Part shown: piece after piece, positions 9,675 to 17,992 of the stretch
How positions within the stretch are numbered: the first letter of the stretch is position 1
Layout of the letters: each line of letters starts with the position of its first letter
Assembly: GCA_042571625.1 (NCBI GenBank)
Contig: JBHPFQ010000001.1
Location: 1 to 55,526, forward strand
Source: Patescibacteria group bacterium
GTDB lineage: Bacteria; Patescibacteriota; Minisyncoccia; Portnoybacterales; UBA2143
DNA length: 55,526 bases
Direction of reading: 5' to 3'
Made by a program: the position numbers and the translations under genes
Notes under the pieces: model-generated
What the model saw: the letters and a program-made list of their open reading frames with translations, nothing else
What the model was told of the DNA's origin: nothing
The model's database searches: none

Positions 9675-10439
9675 TTATGTGCTGTTCGGTATCATTTTCA
9701 TTACCTTGGAAGTCATATCTAAAAAGATTTTAACTTCGCACTTCATCTTTTTTGATTCTTTTGGATTAACACTACGCAACTTCTCATCCATAAAATCGTA
9801 TCTTACAGTCACGAGATCGTCTATCTTGATCTTTTTTTTGTTTTTTAATGTAATTTCGTATCGCTTTAAATCGTTATTTGTCTCATAACAATCAATTTTA
9901 TTAATGCCAAGTTTTAGCAAATCGTCTTTACCAATTTTATCTGAAAGCTCTTTTAGATCATGTCCATTTTTACCCTTAAGCAGATTATTTAATTCTGCTT
10001 TTGTTCTTCTGCCATGTTTGTCTTTTAGAAGTAAAAGTAGATAGGCCTTGAGCAATAACTCACAATGAAAAGACAAAAGCATATATACAGAACGAGAATA
10101 TGCAACATCAGTACCGCCTTGATGGATTCGTTCAAGACATCGTAAGATAAAATTAAAACCTCCGCTCGCCCTATGAATAGCTTTGGTCCCCCATTGTTTA
10201 GCAAGAGGCCAAATTTTAGGAGGATATGGTTTTATATTATAAATTTCTTTTATAGATTTCTTAAGGTCAAAACCAAGATTATATCTTTCTCCAACGGGTA
10301 GTTGATCTCTTAATTCATCCCATACGCGAAGCTGAAGCTTTTTTAATTTCTGGACATCAGAAGAATAAATTACACAGCTACGAATTTTATCTTCGAAGTC
10401 TTTCCATTCGTCATAGAGTTTTTTTTCTTCTTTTTTCAT
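9675..10439 (-). CDS. hypothetical protein with HEPN-like C-terminal domain (tentative)
   Basis: 254 aa. SFHCELLLKAYLL ... GHDLKELSDKI ... VRYDF resembles the PF05168 HEPN pattern (xAxEkxLKAxL ... tHdLxxL ... RYp). The N-terminal ~110 aa are unassigned. Confidence 0.4.
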   Translation of the reverse strand: MKKEEKKLYDEWKDFEDKIRSCVIYSSDVQKLKKLQLRVWDELRDQLPVGERYNLGFDLKKSIKEIYNIKPYPPKIWPLAKQWGTKAIHRASGGFNFILRCLERIHQGGTDVAYSRSVYMLLSFHCELLLKAYLLLLLKDKHGRRTKAELNNLLKGKNGHDLKELSDKIGKDDLLKLGINKIDCYETNNDLKRYEITLKNKKKIKIDDLVTVRYDFMDEKLRSVNPKESKKMKCEVKIFLDMTSKVMKMIPNST

Positions 10440-10455
10440 AACACTTCGAGGAGAT

Positions 10456-10508
10456 ATAATTAGTATATTTATATTCTGGATCTAACTCCACAAGCCTAAT
10501 TTAACATA
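10456..10508. repeat. direct repeat B2
   Basis: Matches B1 (9604-9656). Confidence 0.5.
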
Positions 10509-10545
10509 TTTTACCCCACTCTGCCACTCACTATATATTTTATCT

Positions 10546-10677
10546 CAGTTAATATCCTGAATTAGTTTTAATTATGACCCTACCCCCTACTCTTTTTCAC
10601 AATTTTTTTATCATATCTCCCCTTGTCTGAAATTTTATATAGAAATTAAAAACCAAGTAAAATTAATTGCACATCAC
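10546..10677. repeat. direct repeat A2 (core 10577-10677)
   Basis: Matches the A1 core at about 91 percent. Ends 1 nt from the methyltransferase stop codon. Confidence 0.8.
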
Positions 10678-10678
10678 T

Positions 10679-11281
10679 TTATTTCTCTCTCATAACTATC
10701 CCGCGAATAAGATGCCAAAATTTTACTGGGCCAGTTGCTCCAGCTTTAGTCTGTTTTTCTTCTGTTAATTTTAGAATCTTTGTTTTATTAAGAATTTTTT
10801 TAAATTCTTCTAAATTATAAAAAGACATTTCTGAATGATTTTTTGCCCAGTCATCTTCTATTCCTAAAAGAGAAAAAACAAAAATGCCATTCCTTTTTAA
10901 ACCTCTTTGAATATCTATTAGTTTTTGTTTAGAATCTTCTTTATTTAAAAACTGTAATGAATTCCATGCGACAATCAACTGATATGTATTTGGCTTTATA
11001 TCATAATCCTCTATATTTTTATAGATTGTTGATACTTCTAAGTTCTTACATGATTTTTTTGTCTGTTCAATACAATCTTTGCATGAATCTACTGCTTTTA
11101 CTTTAAATCCTTTTTTAGCTAAATATTTAACACCTACGCCCGCTCCACATCCTAAATCTAAAGCTAATCCCTTTTTTTGATTATAAGATTCTAAGATATT
11201 AACAGATTCTATTAATAGACCTGTTGGTTTACGGGTTTTTGTCTTTTCTATAAAGTTTTTCCACTTCAATTTTTTTAGCAT
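10679..11281 (-). CDS. class I SAM-dependent methyltransferase (TehB-like)
   Basis: 200 aa. ALDLGCGAGVGVKYLAKKG is the glycine-rich motif I. Size is typical. Confidence 0.8.
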   Translation of the reverse strand: MLKKLKWKNFIEKTKTRKPTGLLIESVNILESYNQKKGLALDLGCGAGVGVKYLAKKGFKVKAVDSCKDCIEQTKKSCKNLEVSTIYKNIEDYDIKPNTYQLIVAWNSLQFLNKEDSKQKLIDIQRGLKRNGIFVFSLLGIEDDWAKNHSEMSFYNLEEFKKILNKTKILKLTEEKQTKAGATGPVKFWHLIRGIVMREK

Positions 11282-11317
11282 ATTAGAGATATGGTAGCAT
11301 AATTAATTATAAAAAAG

Positions 11318-11347
11318 AATAGCGGTCAAATTTTATTGACCGCTATT
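11318..11347. terminator. terminator hairpin
   Basis: aatagcggtcaa (11318-11329) pairs with ttgaccgctatt (11336-11347). Confidence 0.6.
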
Positions 11348-11372
11348 ATATTATCGATTATCCTGCATTTTA

Positions 11373-11513
11373 TTATGCATCCCCATCAGCATTGCAATCA
11401 TCACCACCATCTTCTTGGCTTCCATCTTGATCAGATGTGCATCCAGTTGAAGAACCCGAATCCTTGCAATTAACTTCTTTATTCCAAAAATTAAAACGAT
11501 TAAGTTGATCCAT
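11373..11513 (-). CDS. small acidic Cys-containing peptide (46 aa), hypothetical
   Basis: Hand translation MDQLNRFNFWNKEVNCKDSGSSTGCTSDQDGSQEDGGDDCNADGDA. Promoter-like TTGACA-N17-TAATCT at 11546-11574. Terminator at 11318-11347. RBS is weak. Confidence 0.3.
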   Translation of the reverse strand: MDQLNRFNFWNKEVNCKDSGSSTGCTSDQDGSQEDGGDDCNADGDA

Positions 11514-11760
11514 GATTATATCCTTATCCAAGTTTGTTAAAAATTAGATTAATCTTATTTGCATTTTGTGTCAATACACTAATTTACATCCGTTTCGTGT
11601 GGGTATAGTTGCCTTATTTTTACTATAGACATAAAAAAATAATGTTATTTCAATAACCCCTTATAAATCCTCAACATCTATTTAATTATACCAAAAATCA
11701 TAGAATTTTTTAATCCCAAAACAGAGTCCTCTACGATGCCTCCATGAGTACTCCATAGCA

Positions 11761-12005
11761 ATTTTTAACCGCAACTGGATTCCCGCTTTCGCGGAAATAA
11801 CAAAAGAAAATATGTCGCGCGGATCGTCGCCCCGACTTCTGTCGGGACTCCTCCCGCGAGATTGCCACGTCGTCCCGCTCATAAGCGGGACTCCTCGCAA
11901 TGACAAGAGAGTTTTGATTTTATCGCCTGTCCGCCTCGGATGGAGAAAAATCTGTCTTTATTTTTATTCTCCTACTCGCAATAATATGTAAGTAGCATGC
12001 TACGT
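11761..12005 (-). repeat. modular GC-rich hairpin element, copy 1 (conserved blocks plus about 165 nt of GC-rich hairpins)
   Basis: Read on the minus strand, the blocks are: palindrome gtagcatgctac (11992-12003), aaagacagattttt (complement of 11946-11959) and ttgcggttaaaaat (complement of 11761-11774). Hairpins at 11780-11796, 11831-11846 and 11872-11891. The same three blocks occur in the same order at 41166-41306. Confidence 0.6.
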
Positions 12006-12012
12006 AGCAAAT

Positions 12013-12086
12013 TGGCTACCGGGCAGGGATTCGAACCCCGATTAACAGGACCAAAACCTGTCGTCCTACCATTAGACGACCCGGTA
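12013..12086 (-). tRNA. tRNA-Gln (anticodon TTG), CCA encoded
   Basis: Minus-sense TACCGGGTCGTCTAATGGTAGGACGACAGGTTTTGGTCCTGTTAATCGGGGTTCGAATCCCTGCCCGGTAGCCA. Anticodon loop is TTTTGGT. Confidence 0.9.
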
Positions 12087-12088
12087 AA

Positions 12089-13183
12089 TTATTCCTCGCA
12101 ACATTCTACTACTGCCAGCTCTAATGGAAGTTGTGGGAAATCCAATGATTTAATATCGCCTTCTGCATCAATGAAGATATGAATTAGCTTTACTAAATCT
12201 TGATTAGAAAACTTTTGGCCTTGGCCAATAATACCACTCAATTGCTCATCAGTCAATTCAGGAGCGACTAAACCCGCTAGAGAATTATCTGTTTTTATAA
12301 TCATCATTTTTCTCAAGTAACTAATAAGCGATTTATTAAATTGAACTAAATCATTGCCATTATTAATGATACTATTAATATGAGTAATTGCCATACCCTG
12401 CTGTTTTTCAGCTATAAAATTAACAAAATCCTGAATAGCTTTAATATCAGCTACACCCAAAATATCTATAACTTCTTCCAATGTTATCTCCTTATCCTGC
12501 GCGCTCATGATCTGCCCCAATAAACTTTCAGCATCACGAACGCACCCATCCGCATTCAAAGCAATTAACTTCAAAGCTGGTTTATCTATCTTAACTTTTT
12601 CTTTCTTGGAAATCCCCTCCAATCTATTAATAATTTTTTCCAATGGCAACTTACGAAAATCAAATTTTTGACATCTTGAAATAATTGTCTGCGGAACTTT
12701 ATGAATCTCTGTGGTAGCTAAAATAAAAATAGCATAAGTTGGTGGCTCTTCTAATGTTTTCAACAAAGCATTAAAAGCCGGCTGAGTAAGCATATGAACT
12801 TCATCAATAATAAAAACCTTATTTTTCAAACTAGCTGGAGTAAATTTAATTCCATCACGAAGCTCACGAATTTCGTCAATCCCACGATTTGAAGCTGCGT
12901 CAATTTCAATTAAATCAAAGCATCTCCCGCTATTTATTTCCATACAAGCATGACATTTATTACACGGCTCATACCCGTTTTTTGTTTCGCAATTTATTGC
13001 CTTAGCAAGCAACCGCGCTATAGTTGTTTTTCCTGTGCCTCTGCTACCGGTAAATAAATAAGCATGAGCTACTTTATCTAAGGACAAAGCGTTAGTGATT
13101 GTTCTTATAACATGCTCTTGTCCAATCACTTCTGAAAAAGTACTTGGACGATATTTCCTATACAAAACTAAACTCTGTTCCAT
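12089..13183 (-). CDS. dnaX: DNA polymerase III subunit gamma/tau (short form)
   Basis: 364 aa. YRKYRPSTFSEVIGQEH, Walker A GSRGTGKTT, a zinc module CxxCxxC and IIDEVHML. Confidence 0.9.
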   Translation of the reverse strand: MEQSLVLYRKYRPSTFSEVIGQEHVIRTITNALSLDKVAHAYLFTGSRGTGKTTIARLLAKAINCETKNGYEPCNKCHACMEINSGRCFDLIEIDAASNRGIDEIRELRDGIKFTPASLKNKVFIIDEVHMLTQPAFNALLKTLEEPPTYAIFILATTEIHKVPQTIISRCQKFDFRKLPLEKIINRLEGISKKEKVKIDKPALKLIALNADGCVRDAESLLGQIMSAQDKEITLEEVIDILGVADIKAIQDFVNFIAEKQQGMAITHINSIINNGNDLVQFNKSLISYLRKMMIIKTDNSLAGLVAPELTDEQLSGIIGQGQKFSNQDLVKLIHIFIDAEGDIKSLDFPQLPLELAVVECCEE

Positions 13184-13184
13184 A

Positions 13185-13769
13185 TTATTTCTTAAACACT
13201 ATAAACTTATATCCTACAAAATTCCAAACCATAGAAAAGAATGTAGCTAATACTTTAGCAAAATTAACCCACAGCTCTGGGCTGAATATTGGTGGAACAA
13301 AAGTAGAAACTCCATAAACAATGCTCGTATTTATTGCTGATCCTATTACAGCTATTGTAATAAATTGAATAAATTCCGATTTAACATTTCCGCCTTTGGA
13401 TTGAAAAGTCCATACCTTATTCCAAGAATAACTATTAATAACAGCAACAATAAATGCTACAACATTAAAAACAATAATAAATCCGCCTTTATAAATTCCC
13501 GTCTGCCACATCAATAAATTCAACACTCCAAAATCAATAGCAGCATTTGAAAAACCAATCAACGCAAACTTTGCTATCTGATAGAACACAGGTATTTTAC
13601 GACTAATCAAATAAGAAACATAAAGTCCGATTACAGATAAAATTGGAAGAATAATCGGAAGAGTCCATAAATAAGGGATTGTTTGATCTAAGCTTTTAAT
13701 TATTATCATTAAAAACCATGAAACAACTTCGCCAATTATCAATCCAAATAAGGCATCTATTTTTTTCAT
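13185..13769 (-). CDS. GtrA family membrane protein
   Basis: Multi-TM protein. FAKFALIGFSNAAIDFGVLNLLMW is the GtrA-like signature. Start moved to the ATG (MKKIDALF); the track start is a TTG. Confidence 0.7.
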   Translation of the reverse strand: MKKIDALFGLIIGEVVSWFLMIIIKSLDQTIPYLWTLPIILPILSVIGLYVSYLISRKIPVFYQIAKFALIGFSNAAIDFGVLNLLMWQTGIYKGGFIIVFNVVAFIVAVINSYSWNKVWTFQSKGGNVKSEFIQFITIAVIGSAINTSIVYGVSTFVPPIFSPELWVNFAKVLATFFSMVWNFVGYKFIVFKK

Positions 13770-13830
13770 AATGATATTATAGCACAAAAAAATATTTAAC
13801 AAAATACGATATCATGATAAAATATAAATA

Positions 13831-15396
13831 ATGCGAAAAACAACTATTCTTTTATTATTAATAATGCTATTAGGAGGAATTTTTCGTTTCGGAAATTTAG
13901 AACGTACGCCTCCAGGTCTTTACCCAGACGAAGCAATAAATGGAATGGATGCAATTCAAACACTTGAAACTGGACAATGGAAAGTTTTTTATCCTGAGAA
14001 TAACGGACGCGAAGGCTTATTTATATGGATGATTGCTTTAAACTTTAATATATTTGGAATATCTGTATGGTCATTAAGATTCACAAGCGCCATTATTGGA
14101 TTTTTAACTATTTTAGGATTATTTTTAATGGCAAAAGAATTATTCAATGAAAAAATAGCTCTTTTGAGTAGTTTTTTCTTAGCTGTTAGTTTTTGGCATA
14201 CTAATTTCAGCCGAATTGGATTCCGCGCCATTCTTGTTCCATTCCTAATGTGCTTTTCATTCTATTTCTTATTTAAAGGAATAAAAAGTAAAAAACTTAT
14301 TTATTTTATAATCGCTGGAATATTCTATGGATTAGGATTTTATACATATATTGCGTTTAGAGCTTCTATTCTACTTTTAGGAATGTTGCTTTTGATAAAA
14401 ATGTGGAACTATTGGAAAGAAAACAAATCTTCAAAATGGTCTCTGAAAAAAAATTATATTAAGGATGGATGGTGGAAATGGGATGTATTTTTTATAGTTA
14501 TCTTAATTGTTGTTATTCCATTATGCTTACATTTTTATAAAGTCCCACAAGATTTTATGGGACGCGCGAATAACGTTTCTGTTTTTAACAGCGAACAACC
14601 ATTTAAAGCATTAGCTATAAGCACTGCTAAAACCGCAATAATGTTTAATTTTATCGGAGACTGGAATTGGCGCCATAATTATTCCGGAGCGCCAATGCTT
14701 GCTTGGACGGTCGGAATTTTATTTTTAATAGGCTTAATATTAATAATCAGAAAAATTATATCTGATGGATGGAAAATGCTCTCTCCGGTAATTTTAATTA
14801 CAATTTTATGGTTTGCTATTATGCTTTTACCGGCCATTTTTACAATTGAAGGAATTCCGCACGCGCTCAGAACAATCAGCATTATTCCAGTTGTTTATAT
14901 TTTTGCCGCGTTAGGATTCGCTTGGATGTCTGATAAATTATTTAAAAATGTAAATAAAAAATTAGCTGTTATTTTTATGGCCACAATTCTAATACATCCT
15001 GTTTACGCAAACTTTAACCAATATTTTTGCCGATGGGCAAACGATCCAGATGTGGCTGGTGCTTTTGAACAAAATTTAGTTGATATAGGAAATTATCTAA
15101 ATAGCATGCCATTAAATATTAAAAAGTATGTTATTATTAATAGATCAGGAGTTCCAGTTCCTTATCCTTATGGTCCATCAATGCCGGCTCAAACAGTTAT
15201 GTTTATTGAACACGCCAAAAATATAAAGAACGTATTTTATATTAAACCAGAAAATATTAATCAAATTCAATATAATGAGACAGACGTAATAACTTTATTG
15301 CATCCCAATGAAGAAATAATGAACAATCTTCACAACCGCTGGCCAAATGGCAAAGTTAGAAAAGGAAATAATATTTGGAGTTTCTTAATTAATTAA
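13831..15396 (+). CDS. glycosyltransferase family 39 / ArnT-PMT-like membrane glycosyltransferase
   Basis: 521 aa, polytopic. The N-terminal PPGLYPDEAINGMDA loop motif is typical of GT-C enzymes that use a phospholipid carrier. Confidence 0.75.
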   Translation: MRKTTILLLLIMLLGGIFRFGNLERTPPGLYPDEAINGMDAIQTLETGQWKVFYPENNGREGLFIWMIALNFNIFGISVWSLRFTSAIIGFLTILGLFLMAKELFNEKIALLSSFFLAVSFWHTNFSRIGFRAILVPFLMCFSFYFLFKGIKSKKLIYFIIAGIFYGLGFYTYIAFRASILLLGMLLLIKMWNYWKENKSSKWSLKKNYIKDGWWKWDVFFIVILIVVIPLCLHFYKVPQDFMGRANNVSVFNSEQPFKALAISTAKTAIMFNFIGDWNWRHNYSGAPMLAWTVGILFLIGLILIIRKIISDGWKMLSPVILITILWFAIMLLPAIFTIEGIPHALRTISIIPVVYIFAALGFAWMSDKLFKNVNKKLAVIFMATILIHPVYANFNQYFCRWANDPDVAGAFEQNLVDIGNYLNSMPLNIKKYVIINRSGVPVPYPYGPSMPAQTVMFIEHAKNIKNVFYIKPENINQIQYNETDVITLLHPNEEIMNNLHNRWPNGKVRKGNNIWSFLIN

Positions 15397-15418
15397 TAAA
15401 AAAATAAATAATAAATAT

Positions 15419-17173
15419 ATGACATTTACAAATAGAATAACAAAAATTATAGCCACTCTTTTGCTCGTCTTAATGCTCGGACTGGCTTTTTTTAGTATGC
15501 GTGGCGACTCTGCAACTATGGATGAATTAGCACACACTCCTGCTGGTTATTCGTACATTACTCAAAAAGATATGCGTCTTAATCCAGAACATCCGCCATT
15601 GTTAAAAGACTTAGCTGGATTATCTGTATGGCTCGGTTCAAAAATAACAGGTAAATCAATCGTCTTTCCAAAAACTACTAATTGGACAGAAAAATTAAAT
15701 GGCCAATGGGAATTCGGAAGAGACCTACTATATAGAAACGGGAATGACGCAGATAGTATTATTTTCTGGGGACGCCTACCAATGCTTTTGATAATGTTAA
15801 TTCTAGGAATTTATGTTTTCAAATGGGCGCACGAACTTTACGGAAATAAAGCAGGATTGTTAGCTCTTTTCCTTTATTCTTTATCACCTACTTTCATCGC
15901 GCATGGACGATATGTTACAACCGATGTTGGAGCAGCAGCAGCTTTTTTTATATCAATATATTATCTAGTAAAATGGGTTAATAACCAAAACAAAAAAAAT
16001 CTTATTATAGCTGGAATTGTTTTTGGATTAGCTCTTTTAACTAAGTTTTCTTTGGTATTATTAATTCCATATTTTGTTTTTATAGTAATGGCTTGGAGTT
16101 TAATCAATTATAATAAAGATACTAAATTGCCACACTTTACCGCCATTGTCAGATCGCTCGCGATACCACTTATTTCTCTATTTCTCATCGGAATTATTGG
16201 CATGGCTTTGATTTGGCCTGTTTATAAATTTCATATATTAAATTATCCAGAAACAAGACAAACCTTTGACACAATAGCAAATCTTGGATCATACGGAAAT
16301 CGCTTGCTTGCCGACTCAGTAATATGGATGTCTGAAAAATCAATCCTACGACCTTATGGACAATTCTTCCATGGGTTACTTATGGTTATTCAACGCTCTG
16401 TCGGAGGAAATACAACTTATTTCTTAGGTGAAATTTCAAGATTTGGCTGGCGAAGTTATTTCCCTATTGTATTTTCAATTAAAGTTCCTTTAGTATTCCT
16501 AATATTAATTTTAATAGCTTTTCTTACTTCTGCTCGCAATATTAAAAAATTATTTAAAAAAGAAAATTTTGCTGAATTTGCCTTGCTATCATTTTTTATT
16601 CTGTACTGGGTAATGAGTATTAGAAGCACTCTTAATATTGGCGTCAGGCATGTATTACCAATCTTTCCTATTCTTTATGTTCTGATCAGTGGCCAGATTA
16701 TTAAAATAAAAAATAAAAAACTTAATATATTTCTTATTATTATGTTGTTGTGGTATGCCATCGGAACAATAAAAATCTATCCAAACTTTTTAACTTATTT
16801 CAATGAAATTGCAGGTGGACCAGAAAATGGATATAAGTATGCTATTGATTCTAATCTAGATTGGGGTCAAGACTTAAGAAGATTAAAAAATTGGATAGAA
16901 AAAAACAACATAAATAAAATCTATGTTGAATATTTTGGCGGAGGAGATTTAAATTATTACTTAGATGGAAAATGGCAAACATGGTGGGGAGAACGAGATC
17001 CTTCTGAATTACCTTCTGACAGCTGGTTAGCTGTTTCTACTACCCTTATCCAAGGAGGAAGAGGAATTGCCGCTCCAAATATCAGTAATAGAACTGACTA
17101 TTATGAATGGCTTAACGATTATGAGCCAGTTACGGTTATAGGAAATTCAATTTTTGTCTATCATATACAATAG
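15419..17173 (+). CDS. GT39/PMT_2-like phospholipid-carrier-dependent glycosyltransferase
   Basis: 584 aa, polytopic. The DELAHTPAGYSY ... PEHPPLLK motif occurs in this family. Confidence 0.7.
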   Translation: MTFTNRITKIIATLLLVLMLGLAFFSMRGDSATMDELAHTPAGYSYITQKDMRLNPEHPPLLKDLAGLSVWLGSKITGKSIVFPKTTNWTEKLNGQWEFGRDLLYRNGNDADSIIFWGRLPMLLIMLILGIYVFKWAHELYGNKAGLLALFLYSLSPTFIAHGRYVTTDVGAAAAFFISIYYLVKWVNNQNKKNLIIAGIVFGLALLTKFSLVLLIPYFVFIVMAWSLINYNKDTKLPHFTAIVRSLAIPLISLFLIGIIGMALIWPVYKFHILNYPETRQTFDTIANLGSYGNRLLADSVIWMSEKSILRPYGQFFHGLLMVIQRSVGGNTTYFLGEISRFGWRSYFPIVFSIKVPLVFLILILIAFLTSARNIKKLFKKENFAEFALLSFFILYWVMSIRSTLNIGVRHVLPIFPILYVLISGQIIKIKNKKLNIFLIIMLLWYAIGTIKIYPNFLTYFNEIAGGPENGYKYAIDSNLDWGQDLRRLKNWIEKNNINKIYVEYFGGGDLNYYLDGKWQTWWGERDPSELPSDSWLAVSTTLIQGGRGIAAPNISNRTDYYEWLNDYEPVTVIGNSIFVYHIQ

Positions 17174-17992
17174 CTATTTATAATACACTCTCCCATTTAT
17201 TCTTAAATCAACATATTCTAAAGACTTTCTTGACTCTTTAACGAGCTCGCTTAAAACTGCTTCCAATGATTCTGTCTGTTCTTTTATTGAACTATGACTA
17301 TCAAAATAAATTAGCCATCCCTCATTTGTTTTTACTATTAAGTCATTTTCGGATATAATTTCAAAATTATCTATTTTAATATTTGAATCGCTAGCCAATG
17401 TTTTTTTTACCTCAATAATAAAATTTATCATTTCAGTTGATGCTACGATATTTTTTATTTTCGTATGCAAACTATCTGATTTATTTCTTAAATCATAAAT
17501 AGTTAAAATTAAGCTTCCGCTAATTAATGGAGATTCTTTAAAAATAACGCCATTTTTATCTATATTAAAACATTGGCTAATTTTTGGCGTACTAGTTGCA
17601 GTGTCTTTTTTAGCTTCGCACCAAACACCTACGTTCTGATGCTCAAGAATGTTAACTTCTAACAAACTCGGCATTTTCTTATTTATAAAAACTGATTCAA
17701 TTTCAGGAGAAATTTCCAATATATTCGCTTTAATTTTCTCAATAGGAGCTAAAATAATATTTTTCTGCGAAATTAACCCTATTTTTTTCCCATCTAAATT
17801 TCTATGAATAATTTCTAACGCTTTTGATTCTATAACACTTTTATCAACACTAATATTTATTTCTTTTATCATTAAGAAAGACGAAAAAAACAAAAAATAA
17901 GCCAAACCGGCTATTAAGAATAAAAATAATATAAGACCAATTATTTTTCCGACATATCGCCTTTTTTTTCTAATAGGCTTTTTTCTATGCAT
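17174..17992 (-). CDS. FtsQ-type (POTRA) cell division protein, tentative
   Basis: 272 aa. Basic N-terminus, a single TM segment, then IKEINISVD... as at the start of an FtsQ POTRA domain. Confidence 0.55.
   Translation of the reverse strand: MHRKKPIRKKRRYVGKIIGLILFLFLIAGLAYFLFFSSFLMIKEINISVDKSVIESKALEIIHRNLDGKKIGLISQKNIILAPIEKIKANILEISPEIESVFINKKMPSLLEVNILEHQNVGVWCEAKKDTATSTPKISQCFNIDKNGVIFKESPLISGSLILTIYDLRNKSDSLHTKIKNIVASTEMINFIIEVKKTLASDSNIKIDNFEIISENDLIVKTNEGWLIYFDSHSSIKEQTESLEAVLSELVKESRKSLEYVDLRINGRVYYK

Noticed and set aside
8668-10677. CRISPR array or DGR template/variable repeat pair as an explanation for the A and B repeats
   Set aside because: There are only two copies of each, about 50-100 nt long and unevenly spaced, and no cas genes. 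The mismatches between A1 and A2 are not adenine-specific, neither copy lies inside a target ORF, and no reverse transcriptase is present.
11682-12182. Track ORFs 11682..11906- and 11997..12182+
   Set aside because: The first is read through the GC-rich hairpin repeat; its Arg/Gly/Ser/Pro-rich translation is typical of repeat artefacts. The second runs antisense through tRNA-Gln and the dnaX 3' end.
17941-17992. The 52-nt serS/ftsQ-like overlap and other long overlaps (coaE/coaD 35 nt, mrdA/mreD 32 nt, htrA/iscU 23 nt) as programmed frameshift sites
   Set aside because: No slippery heptamer or downstream structure was noticed. Overlaps are common in compact genomes, and some may reflect start codons mis-assigned by the ORF track, which uses the first ATG, GTG or TTG.
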